Notes: generated by a model not told the origin, from the letters alone. DNA of 64,000 bases from Candidatus Giovannonibacteria bacterium (GCA_016176295.1 JACOXN010000004.1:6655-70654), one strand, 5' to 3'; positions 47,736-57,236 are shown, counted from the stretch's first letter. Program-made: numbers and translations.

Positions 47736-47765
47736 AAGTTTATCTTAAGATAAACTTCGTGTCAA
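47736..47765 (-). promoter_or_regulatory. perfect 22-bp palindrome AAGTTTATCTT|AAGATAAACTT (47736-47757) overlapping a TTGACA-17-TAAACT promoter: putative TA operator, leaderless start
   Basis: The palindrome abuts the antitoxin ATG. On the minus strand -35 TTGACA is at 47760-47765 and -10 TAAACT at 47737-47742, which puts the transcription start at the second ATG (47729). Confidence 0.5.
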
Positions 47766-47782
47766 ATTTATGAAAACTTTTT

Positions 47783-48373
47783 TTACCCCCTCACTTCGAG
47801 CAGGGTTCCGCGGTTGCCGGGAACGGCACCTTCAACGGCCATCATGTTCCGGTCGGGAATGATTTTTATTACCTTGAGATTTTTTACCGTTATCCTGTCG
47901 CCTCCCATTCTTCCCGCCATGCGCTTCCCTTTCAAAACCCTCTGCGGCCAGACTGCTCCGATAGAACCCGGCTCACGCTCCGAGTGCTTTTGGCCGTGAG
48001 TGCGTCGGCCTCCTTTAAATCCGTGCCTTTTTACCACACCCTGAAATCCTTTTCCCTTGGTTATGCCGGAAATATTTACCTTCTCTCCTTCCTTGAAAGT
48101 TTCAACTGTAATTTTGTCCCCCACATTGAGGTCGGAAACATCCCGGGCTTCCCTGAAATATCTGTAATTTCCAAGCTTTTTCTGGGGCTTTTTGGCTCTC
48201 TTATCTTTTTTGGAGCCAAACCCAATCTGCACGGCGATATATCCGTCCTTTTCCTTAGTTTTAGGCTGTGTCACAAATATCGGACCGGCCTCAAGCCAGG
48301 TAACGGGGTGTATCTTCCCGACATCGTCGAATATCTGGGACATTTCTATTTTTTTAGCGAGAATGAATTTCAT
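47783..48373 (-). CDS. rplC: 50S ribosomal protein L3
   Basis: MKFILAKKIEMSQIFDDVGKIHPVTWLEAGP. Confidence 0.9.
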   Translation of the reverse strand: MKFILAKKIEMSQIFDDVGKIHPVTWLEAGPIFVTQPKTKEKDGYIAVQIGFGSKKDKRAKKPQKKLGNYRYFREARDVSDLNVGDKITVETFKEGEKVNISGITKGKGFQGVVKRHGFKGGRRTHGQKHSEREPGSIGAVWPQRVLKGKRMAGRMGGDRITVKNLKVIKIIPDRNMMAVEGAVPGNRGTLLEVRG

Positions 48374-48497
48374 AGCAATTGAAGAATATCATATTATAAA
48401 CCTTGCAAAAAAGCAAACAATACGCTAATAAAAGTGAGGCGGAGCAGGAAGCACATTAACAACCCACATGCTGCCCAGGCGGCAGCTAGGAGGAAAT

Positions 48498-49676
48498 ATG
48501 GAACATTCCCAGGCGGAATTGTTGAGAAAGTTAAGCAAAATATACGACGAGCCGGAATTGATTTCAATTGTAAATCTTTGCGGCACCCCGTCATTAGCTG
48601 AGGAGATAGCGGAAAGGCTTGAATACCCGACCTCGCTGCTTCGAGAAACACGCTACGCCGGCATTCTAAAGAAAGACTTTCCAGAAATTTACGCGAAGAC
48701 AGTCCAAAAGATCATGCCACTCTGCTTTAATATGAACAAAAAAGACAGGACAAAAACCAAACATTTTTCCTGTAATTGGACCTCTCGTGAAAAAACTAAC
48801 GAATTTGAACTGGCAGGCACCATGCTAATAACTCCACATGCATTTCTCCCGCCGGTTTTTTGGGATTATGAATTGTTTTTTGAAAAAAACAACGAACTTG
48901 TTTTTTCGTCTAAAACCGCAATTCCGGCACACAAGAGAACAGACGTAAGATGCATCTTTACCGAAGGTTCTCGATCAATTCCTGTCGGCCTGCTGCTGGT
49001 CTGCAACAAACACAGTAACGAATTCACATTTCGCAGAACAATAAAAGACGACGAAACGTACTGGTGGAGCAGAACTAATCCGGTGGGCAATAGGCTTACG
49101 CTTGGGCTAAAGGGCGAAATATTTGGGGCAGGAATTGAAAAAAAGTCCTATAACAATGTGCATCGGCAAGTTACGCTTCGTACCCTTGGCGACACTGAGA
49201 AAAAGTTACTTGAACCGTGGGACACTACATACTTACCAAGATGTGTTATCTATCATCTTGTTCTGGAGGAACAGCTATGGTATCCGGACGGCCAGGGTGG
49301 AAGCCTACGGTATTCGCTAGAAATGAGATATAAGCCGCATGCAGACAACTTGCAAGAAAAAAAAGATACACTGGCCTCTCGAGTAATATTCCATATGCCT
49401 TTTAATCACTATGCGTATAATACCGGGCCAGACTACAAAATCTTAACTTCCGTATTCCAAATAGACCGCGCACCGGAGCCTACAAGCAATAGGGAGAAGT
49501 TTGCCGACCGCGTGGCAAAAATGCTCAAAGGCACGCCAGAACAAATAGAATTCCTGCCAACTCTCCAAAATTTTTTTTCTTTTAAACGAAATAGTGATTT
49601 TTTTGAAATTTATAACGAGGGAGCACATTGGGATCCTCTTGTGCTTCCTAAAACAAAAGAAGCTAAAGCCGAATAA
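48498..49676 (+). CDS. hypothetical protein (~392 aa), opposite strand, inserted between rpsJ and rplC
   Basis: AGGAGG RBS 4 nt before the ATG at 48498. Lower-GC coding sequence. Bounded downstream by stacked hairpin terminators. No family recognised. Confidence 0.55.
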   Translation: MEHSQAELLRKLSKIYDEPELISIVNLCGTPSLAEEIAERLEYPTSLLRETRYAGILKKDFPEIYAKTVQKIMPLCFNMNKKDRTKTKHFSCNWTSREKTNEFELAGTMLITPHAFLPPVFWDYELFFEKNNELVFSSKTAIPAHKRTDVRCIFTEGSRSIPVGLLLVCNKHSNEFTFRRTIKDDETYWWSRTNPVGNRLTLGLKGEIFGAGIEKKSYNNVHRQVTLRTLGDTEKKLLEPWDTTYLPRCVIYHLVLEEQLWYPDGQGGSLRYSLEMRYKPHADNLQEKKDTLASRVIFHMPFNHYAYNTGPDYKILTSVFQIDRAPEPTSNREKFADRVAKMLKGTPEQIEFLPTLQNFFSFKRNSDFFEIYNEGAHWDPLVLPKTKEAKAE

Positions 49677-49774
49677 TCAAAAGCCACCCCGACAAATCGG
49701 GACGGCTTTTTTTGTTTGTTCCAGTTCTTTAGGTAATCCCGACGTAAAGTCGGGATGAAGGTTTGACCGTCAAA

Positions 49775-49807
49775 AAACCAACCTGCATCCGCAGGTTGGT
49801 TTTTTGA
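49775..49807. terminator. bidirectional terminator (ccaacctgc-atcc-gcaggttgg with A-run/T-run), preceded by further hairpins at 49737-49760
   Basis: Perfect 9-bp stem flanked by aaaaaa and tttttt. Confidence 0.6.
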
Positions 49808-49817
49808 GTCAATTCCT

Positions 49818-50225
49818 TCACATCTTCACCTCAATGTCCACTCCGGCGGGGAGGCTGAGGTTAGTCAGCGCGTCCACTATTTTGGGAACCGGGTTTAAAA
49901 TATCGATAACGCGCTTGTGAACCCGCATTTCGAACTGTTCTCTCGCGTTTTTGTGGACGAAAGAGGAGCGATTGACGGTATATTTCTTTATCTCTGTAGG
50001 CAGAGGTATGGGGCCCACGATGACGGCGCCGTACCGCAAGGCGGTATCCACAATCTGCTTGATGGATGCATCCAGTATTTTGTGATCATAAGCCCGCACA
50101 CGTATCCGCAGCTTCGCTTCAGCGCCTGCTTCTTGCTTTTCCACCTTTTTGGAATGGGCCTGCCTTGAATCTGGGCGGGTTTTTGAAACTTTCGGCGCTG
50201 ATTTAGTTTTTGGTTTGGTTGCCAT
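49818..50225 (-). CDS. rpsJ: 30S ribosomal protein S10 with ~38-aa basic N-terminal extension
   Basis: [70 protein letters not shown]. Confidence 0.85.
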   Translation of the reverse strand: MATKPKTKSAPKVSKTRPDSRQAHSKKVEKQEAGAEAKLRIRVRAYDHKILDASIKQIVDTALRYGAVIVGPIPLPTEIKKYTVNRSSFVHKNAREQFEMRVHKRVIDILNPVPKIVDALTNLSLPAGVDIEVKM

Positions 50226-50232
50226 ATAGACG

Positions 50233-50299
50233 ATGCTAATTATGCTAATTTCATGCTTATAATGCTAATTGCAAATATTCGCAATTCGAAGATTAGCAT
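50233..50299. repeat. short repeat array in the tuf–rpsJ intergenic region: ATGCTAATT x3 direct (50233, 50242, 50262) + 1 inverted (50291-50299), plus ATTCGCAA x2
   Basis: Seen directly in the sequence: gatgctaattatgctaatttcatgcttataatgctaattgcaaatattcgcaattcgaagattagcattaaattcgcaaatttgcat. Confidence 0.45.
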
Positions 50300-50319
50300 T
50301 AAATTCGCAAATTTGCATC

Positions 50320-51513
50320 TTATTTAAGAATTTTGGTTACCACTCCCGCGCCAACGGTCTTTCCTCCTTCGCGGATGGCAAAGCGCTGCTTTTCTTCCAA
50401 CGCCACCGGTGCTATCAACTTAACGTTGAATTTGACGGTGTCTCCCGGCATAACCATTTCGGTGCCCTCCGGAAGAGTTACTTCACCGGTCACATCCGTC
50501 GTCCTGATGTAGAACTGGGGCTTGTAGCCTGCGAAGAACGGCGTGTGCCGGCCTCCTTCTTCTTTTGTCAAAACGTATATTTCCGACTCGAATTCAGTGT
50601 GGGGAGTGACGGAATTGGGCTTGGACAAAACCTGCCCGCGCTCAACATCCTCTTTTTTCAATCCGCGGAGCAAGATTCCCGCATTGTCTCCCGCCATGCC
50701 TTTGTCCAGTTGCTTGTTGAACATTTCGATGCCGGTAACGGTAGTCTTTTGGGTATCTTTCAAGCCGACAACACTTACTTCCTCTCCGACTTTGACCTCA
50801 CCTCTCTCGATCCTTCCGGTCACGACCGTTCCTCTGCCTTCAATGGAGAATATGTCCTCGATGGGCATGAGGAAAGGCTTTTCAATGTCTCTTACGGGTT
50901 CGGGGATGTATTCGTCCAGGGTTTTTGCCAGTTCCAATATAGACTTTACCCACTCATCATCTTTGGAAGTAGCTGCCAGCGCTTTTAACGCCGAGCCCTT
51001 GATTATCGGAGTTGTGTCGCCCGGATAGTGGTATTTGGAAAGAAGCTCCCTTACTTCGGTTTCGACAAGGTCAATCAACTCTTTGTCGTCCACCATATCA
51101 ACCTTGTTCAAAAAAACGATTATGTTGGGCACTCCAACCTGGTGAGCGAGCAAAATGTGCTCTCTCGTTTGAGGCATTGGGCCGTCTGCAGCGGACACGA
51201 CCAAAATTGCGCCATCCATCTGAGCGGCTCCGGTGATCATGTTCTTGATGTAGTCAGCGTGCCCCGGAGCATCGATGTGCGCATAGTGGCGCTTTTCGGT
51301 TTCATACTCGGAGTGGTGAAGAGCGATAGTGATACCGCGCTGTCTTTCTTCCGGAGCTTTGTCTATATCATCAACTTTTTCAAGCTTTACTTTGAAACCC
51401 GCCAAATTTAGAGAATGCAAAATAGCGGCTGTTAAAGTAGTCTTGCCGTGGTCTACGTGACCAATAGTGCCCACGTTGAGGTGCGGCTTTGTCCGTTCAA
51501 ATTTCTCTGCCAT
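50320..51513 (-). CDS. tuf: elongation factor Tu
   Basis: [31 protein letters not shown] ... full-length EF-Tu. Confidence 0.95.
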   Translation of the reverse strand: MAEKFERTKPHLNVGTIGHVDHGKTTLTAAILHSLNLAGFKVKLEKVDDIDKAPEERQRGITIALHHSEYETEKRHYAHIDAPGHADYIKNMITGAAQMDGAILVVSAADGPMPQTREHILLAHQVGVPNIIVFLNKVDMVDDKELIDLVETEVRELLSKYHYPGDTTPIIKGSALKALAATSKDDEWVKSILELAKTLDEYIPEPVRDIEKPFLMPIEDIFSIEGRGTVVTGRIERGEVKVGEEVSVVGLKDTQKTTVTGIEMFNKQLDKGMAGDNAGILLRGLKKEDVERGQVLSKPNSVTPHTEFESEIYVLTKEEGGRHTPFFAGYKPQFYIRTTDVTGEVTLPEGTEMVMPGDTVKFNVKLIAPVALEEKQRFAIREGGKTVGAGVVTKILK

Positions 51514-51653
51514 ATATTTACAATATAAAATTGCCAATAAAAGACGCCCGAAAGCGTATGGCTATATATTACAGGCTGTAAAAATACTGTCAACCCCAGA
51601 GAAAGCAAAACATGGGAATAAAAAAAGCGGCATAGATACCGCCTGCAACTCGC

Positions 51654-52016
51654 TTATTTTGTCTGCAAAATGTCGCAAATCCCTCCGCCTATTCCCAATA
51701 CTGGGTACTTTGCCGTAAAGGCCCGGATATTCTCGAAATAGTTATTTTTGTCGATTTTACCGTCCAATTTCGGGATAAACCAAAACTTCATTTCTTCCTT
51801 GTCGGCGATGAGAGCCCATTTGCCGTTTATTGTCCAAATGTCCCAACGCTCATAGGCATAAAGGACCAGCTCGCCGCAAAGAACCTCATTAGTTTCAATT
51901 TGGCCCGCAGTTTCTCCGACTGGAAGCCGGGGCATTGGAACGGGTCCGGCCAGAGCGAGTCTTGTAAGAACCAGCAGTAAAAACATTCCGACCAAAATTA
52001 GAACTGCCTTTTTCAT
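51654..52016 (-). CDS. small secreted hypothetical protein (signal peptide)
   Basis: MKKAVLILVGMFLLLVLTRLALA signal. Confidence 0.4.
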   Translation of the reverse strand: MKKAVLILVGMFLLLVLTRLALAGPVPMPRLPVGETAGQIETNEVLCGELVLYAYERWDIWTINGKWALIADKEEMKFWFIPKLDGKIDKNNYFENIRAFTAKYPVLGIGGGICDILQTK

Positions 52017-52116
52017 TTTTTTCTCCTCCTTCGTCTAAACAAAGTAAAGCGTATAAACAGGTCTTTGACAAGTCCAGCCGACTTAAACATAAAAAATAAC
52101 CCCGTTCGCATTTTTT

Positions 52117-52752
52117 TTAATTTGCGCCGGGGTCTATGCCTAAAAAATCGGCAATACGTTTAAGGTGCCAGTTGTAATCGTCGTTCACAAACTTTTTTTG
52201 CTCTCTGGAAACAGGGTTCCATTGGCCTTTCGTGGATTCCCAATCCCCATCCGTGTAATACTCGATTACGCCAAATCCGGGATCATCGCGCTGGGCGCGG
52301 GTGAACGGCTCAAGACTGGTAAGGCCGGGTTTCATAAACTTCTGGTATTTGTTGAACTCGGCGTCGACGGAGTCATCCGAAATATGCTGTTCGAGCAGAG
52401 TCAAAAAATTTTGGCCGAAAGGATCGTGCGCATTTTCCGGTTTGGAAAAGTCACGGTTCGTGTAGAAAAAATCTATTGTGAGGGTTTTCTTCCCCCTGTT
52501 GTAGACTTCCACGCCAACCTCATAGAGGTCAAAATGACTGACAAAGCGATATAGATACCTTTTTCTTTCATAAGACGTGCCCGCGCCCAACACACTTACC
52601 ACATCGGCTTTTTTGACCGCCTCATTAGCAACCTTTTGCGCAATATTATGAGGCGTCGGAAAAGGCGCGCGCCGAAAGAGTGGAGAACCCATCGCATAAC
52701 TGCAACCGGACAAAATAAAAAAGAGAAACGGGGCCAAAAAGAGTTTTTTCAC
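52117..52752 (-). CDS. hypothetical lipoprotein (lipobox LSGC)
   Basis: MKKLFLAPFLFFILSGCS. Confidence 0.45.
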   Translation of the reverse strand: MKKLFLAPFLFFILSGCSYAMGSPLFRRAPFPTPHNIAQKVANEAVKKADVVSVLGAGTSYERKRYLYRFVSHFDLYEVGVEVYNRGKKTLTIDFFYTNRDFSKPENAHDPFGQNFLTLLEQHISDDSVDAEFNKYQKFMKPGLTSLEPFTRAQRDDPGFGVIEYYTDGDWESTKGQWNPVSREQKKFVNDDYNWHLKRIADFLGIDPGAN

Positions 52753-52827
52753 AGTACCTCCTCAAAAGACGTAAATCTTTTATTTTTATACGCCTTTTTT
52801 AGCAAAAGTCAAGTTTTTGCTGCGCAC

Positions 52828-53190
52828 CTACTCTTTATCGTGCGCAACGCATGTTCTGGCCGCGGGGTTCGCCCTAAGCCTGGCCTCGCCTATTTCCTCT
52901 CCGCCGGCCGCGCATGTGCCGAATTTACCGTGATTCGCACGTTCCAAGGCCTCATTTATTTCCCGGAGCCGCGACTCAAGACCCAGTTCAACCGGGGCGC
53001 GATTCTCATACTCCGCTTCTTGGTCAGCTATTTCTTCTTTCGCCGCGTTCATTACGTTCAAGTTCGGATATTTTACGTTCCAATCCTCCGGAGCTTCCGG
53101 ATTCCTTTCCGCAATAGATTTCAAGTCCTCTTCTATCTCAAGTTTTTCTTCCTCTAATTTTTTTCTGTAGTAGTCTAAATCTAAGGTCAT
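52828..53190 (-). CDS. DksA/TraR-family protein (only two of the four zinc-finger Cys retained)
   Basis: Coiled-coil N-terminus. C-terminal ERANHGKFGTCAAGGEEIGEARLRANPAARTCVAHDKE. Confidence 0.6.
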   Translation of the reverse strand: MTLDLDYYRKKLEEEKLEIEEDLKSIAERNPEAPEDWNVKYPNLNVMNAAKEEIADQEAEYENRAPVELGLESRLREINEALERANHGKFGTCAAGGEEIGEARLRANPAARTCVAHDKE

Positions 53191-53231
53191 AAAAAAATTT
53201 TACTAAACTATATCTTTGCGGTCAATGGATG

Positions 53232-54143
53232 CTATTGGCGCGGCGGAATCAGGATCAAAAGCTCCAAAATGCGTCCTAGCGCGTTCTCTGAATTTGAAAC
53301 AACCACGAACTGTTTAGAAAAAATACTGTAACCCATAACTATACCCCCGTCTTTGTTTCTTAAAACTCTTGCGTCGTTATTTTTTATTACAAAATCTTCA
53401 AAAGGCCTGTCCTGGAGATACGCGTAATCCTGATTGCCCAAAAACGGCTTCCAATCCGACCACATTGTTTTTTCCCAGCCCAGCATGGCTTCAAAAGCGC
53501 GCGAAAAATCATTTACTTTGAATGCCGCCGCGAAATCGCTCGAACGCTCACCGTAAACTATGTAAGCGTTGAACTCTGGGTAAAGCGAAGCGGTGAGCAG
53601 CGGCGGAGGCACCCAGCTCATCAGCTTTATGAACTCTACGGAATCGGTGTATTTCGCCGTTCCCGAACTTTCCGTCTTGATGGGAAAATAGATAACTGTG
53701 TTATAGCGGAGGCTTTTCCCAAGCTCGCTTTGGATAGCCCTTAAAAGCTCTCCGGAATTGAAATTCGCGGAATAAGGAAGAACGGAAATTTCTTTTTCTC
53801 CGTCCACGGCCACGAAATTCTTAAAAGCCTGCGGGGGCTTTTCAATGCTATTTTTTATGGCAAGCCTGGGCAGAATAATATACTCAACGGACACATACCC
53901 CAAGCCGCCGATAACGGCTGCGGCCGCGAGGGTTATCATCGCGTATTTTAAAATGTGGCTGTTAACAATAGATGAAGCAAGGGATTTTTTCTCCCCCGCC
54001 ATGTAAGATTTCGTCGCGATGTCCAAAGTCGAGAGCCCTTTGTCGCGCATATAGATCTCGGCATCAGTCTTGAAGGTCCTGATATTGGGAAGCTTATCCT
54101 TATCCGCGGCATCGGCTGTTTTTTTCTCATCCTCCATAACCAC
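53232..54143 (-). CDS. hypothetical membrane-anchored protein
   Basis: N-terminal TM, ORF track. Confidence 0.4.
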   Translation of the reverse strand: MVMEDEKKTADAADKDKLPNIRTFKTDAEIYMRDKGLSTLDIATKSYMAGEKKSLASSIVNSHILKYAMITLAAAAVIGGLGYVSVEYIILPRLAIKNSIEKPPQAFKNFVAVDGEKEISVLPYSANFNSGELLRAIQSELGKSLRYNTVIYFPIKTESSGTAKYTDSVEFIKLMSWVPPPLLTASLYPEFNAYIVYGERSSDFAAAFKVNDFSRAFEAMLGWEKTMWSDWKPFLGNQDYAYLQDRPFEDFVIKNNDARVLRNKDGGIVMGYSIFSKQFVVVSNSENALGRILELLILIPPRQ

Positions 54144-54263
54144 ATCTTAGCACGAAAAAATTGTAATTTTGGCCAAACAAAAAAACCGCAGGCAATGCCT
54201 TGCGATTAATGTTGATATGAATAATCCGGTGGTATTTTGTCAATGATTTTCGAAGAGAATACT

Positions 54264-54665
54264 TTAACCCTGAACCGCTATTTCGACGCCGAATTTTTCT
54301 TTGATGAAAGATTTTATTTTATCTACTTCGCTTTTGAGAATAATAAATTCCTCCTCGCGGTCGGTCAGACGTTTAAGAAATTTATCCAGCGTGACAGTTA
54401 AAGATTGGATTTGTTCTCTTAAACCATTTAAATCTTGTTTGATTTCTGTAATATCTTGCCTGACTAAAGCCATATCAACCTTAAGATTACCGACATCCTT
54501 CTTGACCAAGACCATATCAGACTTAAGTTCGCTGACATCTTTCTTCACCAGGGACATATCACCCTTAAGTTCGCTGACGTCTTTAACTAAAGGTGCCACT
54601 CGCGCATCTAAAGTTTCATCAACAATTTGCTTTATGCCATCTAAATCCTTCTTGGTTAATACCAT
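54264..54665 (-). CDS. coiled-coil protein with 4 x 14-aa tandem repeats (LVKKDVSELKxDMx), paralog of 58161-58460
   Basis: 42-bp DNA tandem repeat at ~54471-54600. C-terminus similar to the ORF at 58161. Confidence 0.45.
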   Translation of the reverse strand: MVLTKKDLDGIKQIVDETLDARVAPLVKDVSELKGDMSLVKKDVSELKSDMVLVKKDVGNLKVDMALVRQDITEIKQDLNGLREQIQSLTVTLDKFLKRLTDREEEFIILKSEVDKIKSFIKEKFGVEIAVQG

Positions 54666-54705
54666 AAATTAATGATACTACACTGAAACTGCAAGTAAAT
54701 TGGAA

Positions 54706-56919
54706 TCATCTGCGTCCGCCGCCTCCTCTGCGTGGCGGCCCGCCTCGGCCTCTTTCCTGGCGTTCTCTTTCTTCCATTTGTCTCCGCGCTACGGCCTCGC
54801 CGCTCCTCCTGTCGTCTTCGGACTTAAGTTCTAAGCTGGTCACCGCTTTAATGGACAAATTGAGCCTTCCTTTTTCGTCCACACCGATTATTTTGACCGG
54901 CACTTCGTCGCCAGGGGAAACCACATCCGTCACCTGGTTGACCCTGAAATTAGCCAGTTCCGAAACGTGTACCAGCCCCTCCTGATGCGGAGCGATCTCA
55001 ACCATTGCTCCGAACGGGAAAATTCTGGTCACGATGCCTCGCGTCTCTTCTCCAGGCACAAATTCTTTAGTCAGTGAAATTATCTGCTCTTCCGCGGCTT
55101 TCAGATTCTCCACGCGCGGCGCCGTAATAAACACGGTACCGTCCTGCTCGATATCTATTTCACATCCAGTGCTTTCAATTATCGAATTAATGACTTTGCC
55201 TCCCGCTCCGATAACGTCGCGAATTTTATCGGGGTTTATCTGCATCTTCAAAATGCGCGGAGCGAATTCTGAAAGTTCGGGCCGAGGAGCCGCAAGTTCA
55301 CTTTTTATGACTTCCAATATCTCAAGACGGGCTTCTTTGGCCTGAATAAATGCTTCTTTCATTATCTTCAAGGGAATACCTGCTACTTTAACGTCCATCT
55401 GCACCGCGGTAATGCCGTTCTTCGTACCGGCAACTTTGAAATCCATATCGCCGTGGTGGTCTTCCGGGCCCTGGATATCGGTGAGAACTTTGTAATGCTT
55501 TTCATCGTGCATCATAAGACCCATGGCGATACCGGCCGCGATATCCTTTATCGGAACACCCGCATCCATAAGCGCGAGAGAAGAAGCGCAAACCGAACCC
55601 ATCGAAGAAGAACCGTTGGAAGACAGTGTCTCCGACACGACTCTTATCGTGTATGGAAAACTTTCCGGATCGGGAATGATAGCGGAAAGCGCGCGCTCGG
55701 CAAGATGCCCATGGCCGATATCGCGCCTAGCAGGCCCCCTCATCGGTTTTATTTCTCCCACCGAAAAAGGAGGAAAATTGTAGTGGTGCATGAAACGCTT
55801 TTTTGCGCGTATTTCCATCCCTTCTATCAGCTGCACGTCTCGCGGCGCTCCCAAAGTAGCGGCGGAAAGAATATGGGTTTCTCCTCTGTAAAACACGGCC
55901 GAGCCGTGCACGCGCGGCAAAATGTGAGCCTTGGCGGAAAGCGGCCTGATTTGTTTTGATCCTCTGCCGTCCGGACGTTTTTCGGATTCGATTATGTTCT
56001 TATGGACTATCTCATCTATCGTGTCCTCAAAAAGCGTGGCCGCGACATGCGGCGAAAAATCCGGAAATTCTTCCACGCAGATGCCGAGCCATTCGGTTTT
56101 CAGCTCGTTCATCGCTTCGTAACGGTTTAATTTTTCTTTGATATAAATCGATTCCTCGAGTTTCGCCATGATCCGCTTTCTGAAAACCTGCGCAATGTCG
56201 GACGGAACCGACACGATGTGCGGCTCGACTTTTTTTTGTCCCATTTTTTTTATAATGTCTGCCTGCCACGCGGTAAGCTTGTCTATTTCTGAAACGGCGA
56301 GCTCCAATGCCTCCTGCATATCGGCCTCGGTTATTTCCTTGGCGCCCGCCTCAATCATATTAACTTTTCCGTCCTTGCCGCAGATTATGGTATCGAGCTC
56401 AGCTTCTTCTATTTCTTTGTAAGTGGGATTTATAATATATTTCTGGCCGATCTTTGAAACCCGCACGGCGCCGATGGGACCATCCCATAAAATATCGGAA
56501 GTTCCCAAAGAAAGCGACGTTGCAATGATAGCCGGGATATCGGGCTCGTTTTCTTCATCCACGGAAAGTGCCAGTACTATCACTTGCACTTCGTTTCTGG
56601 TTTTGGAATTAAAAAGCGGACGTATAGAACGGTCGATAAGACGCGATGTAAGAACAGCTTCGTCCGAAGCTTTTCCTTCTCTCCTCACGAAACGGGAACC
56701 CAAAATTCTTCCGGCAGCATAGAACTTTTCCTCAAAATCCACCGTAAGCGGAAAAAAATCAATCCCCTCGCGCGCGCTTTTGGCCTGCACTGCCGTCGCC
56801 AAAACTATCGTCCCGCCGTAAGTAACAAGGCAAGAGCCGTTGGCTTGATGGGCCAGGTCAGTAAACTCGGCGGTTAATGTGCGGCCGCCGACTTCCGTAG
56901 TAAATTTTTTACTGGTCAT
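54706..56919 (-). CDS. pnp: polyribonucleotide nucleotidyltransferase (PNPase) with RG-rich C-terminal tail
   Basis: 737 aa, two RNase PH domains, KH and S1. Tail RRQMEERERQERGRGGPPRRGGGGRR. Confidence 0.9.
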   Translation of the reverse strand: MTSKKFTTEVGGRTLTAEFTDLAHQANGSCLVTYGGTIVLATAVQAKSAREGIDFFPLTVDFEEKFYAAGRILGSRFVRREGKASDEAVLTSRLIDRSIRPLFNSKTRNEVQVIVLALSVDEENEPDIPAIIATSLSLGTSDILWDGPIGAVRVSKIGQKYIINPTYKEIEEAELDTIICGKDGKVNMIEAGAKEITEADMQEALELAVSEIDKLTAWQADIIKKMGQKKVEPHIVSVPSDIAQVFRKRIMAKLEESIYIKEKLNRYEAMNELKTEWLGICVEEFPDFSPHVAATLFEDTIDEIVHKNIIESEKRPDGRGSKQIRPLSAKAHILPRVHGSAVFYRGETHILSAATLGAPRDVQLIEGMEIRAKKRFMHHYNFPPFSVGEIKPMRGPARRDIGHGHLAERALSAIIPDPESFPYTIRVVSETLSSNGSSSMGSVCASSLALMDAGVPIKDIAAGIAMGLMMHDEKHYKVLTDIQGPEDHHGDMDFKVAGTKNGITAVQMDVKVAGIPLKIMKEAFIQAKEARLEILEVIKSELAAPRPELSEFAPRILKMQINPDKIRDVIGAGGKVINSIIESTGCEIDIEQDGTVFITAPRVENLKAAEEQIISLTKEFVPGEETRGIVTRIFPFGAMVEIAPHQEGLVHVSELANFRVNQVTDVVSPGDEVPVKIIGVDEKGRLNLSIKAVTSLELKSEDDRRSGEAVARRQMEERERQERGRGGPPRRGGGGRR

Positions 56920-57236
56920 TCTTTTTTATTTTTTAAGCCCGCCTTTGCCCGAAGACTTTGGCGCGGCGAAGTGATCTTCAGATTTTAGGGCCTTCCTTCG
57001 ACAGAGGCTCTACCTATCCAAAGACCACTTACCATTAATTTCTAATATTCCCAAAATAGCGCGAACCGCGGAAAAAGTCAAAATTTTGCTTGACATAATA
57101 ATGATTTCGTGCTTTTCTGTTGAAAGACGAAAGGTTTTGATAACTGAAGTCGTTATAACGCAAGGGATAATAAAAATCGGCCCGAATATGATTGTGATTG
57201 CGGGTAGGAAAAAAACCAACCCAGAAAGGAAAAAAA

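Noticed and set aside
48394-48651. Minus-strand 85-aa ORF upstream of rplC
   Set aside because: Overlaps the RBS and 5' end of the better-supported plus-strand 392-aa gene. Low-complexity (Ala/Leu/Cys) translation.
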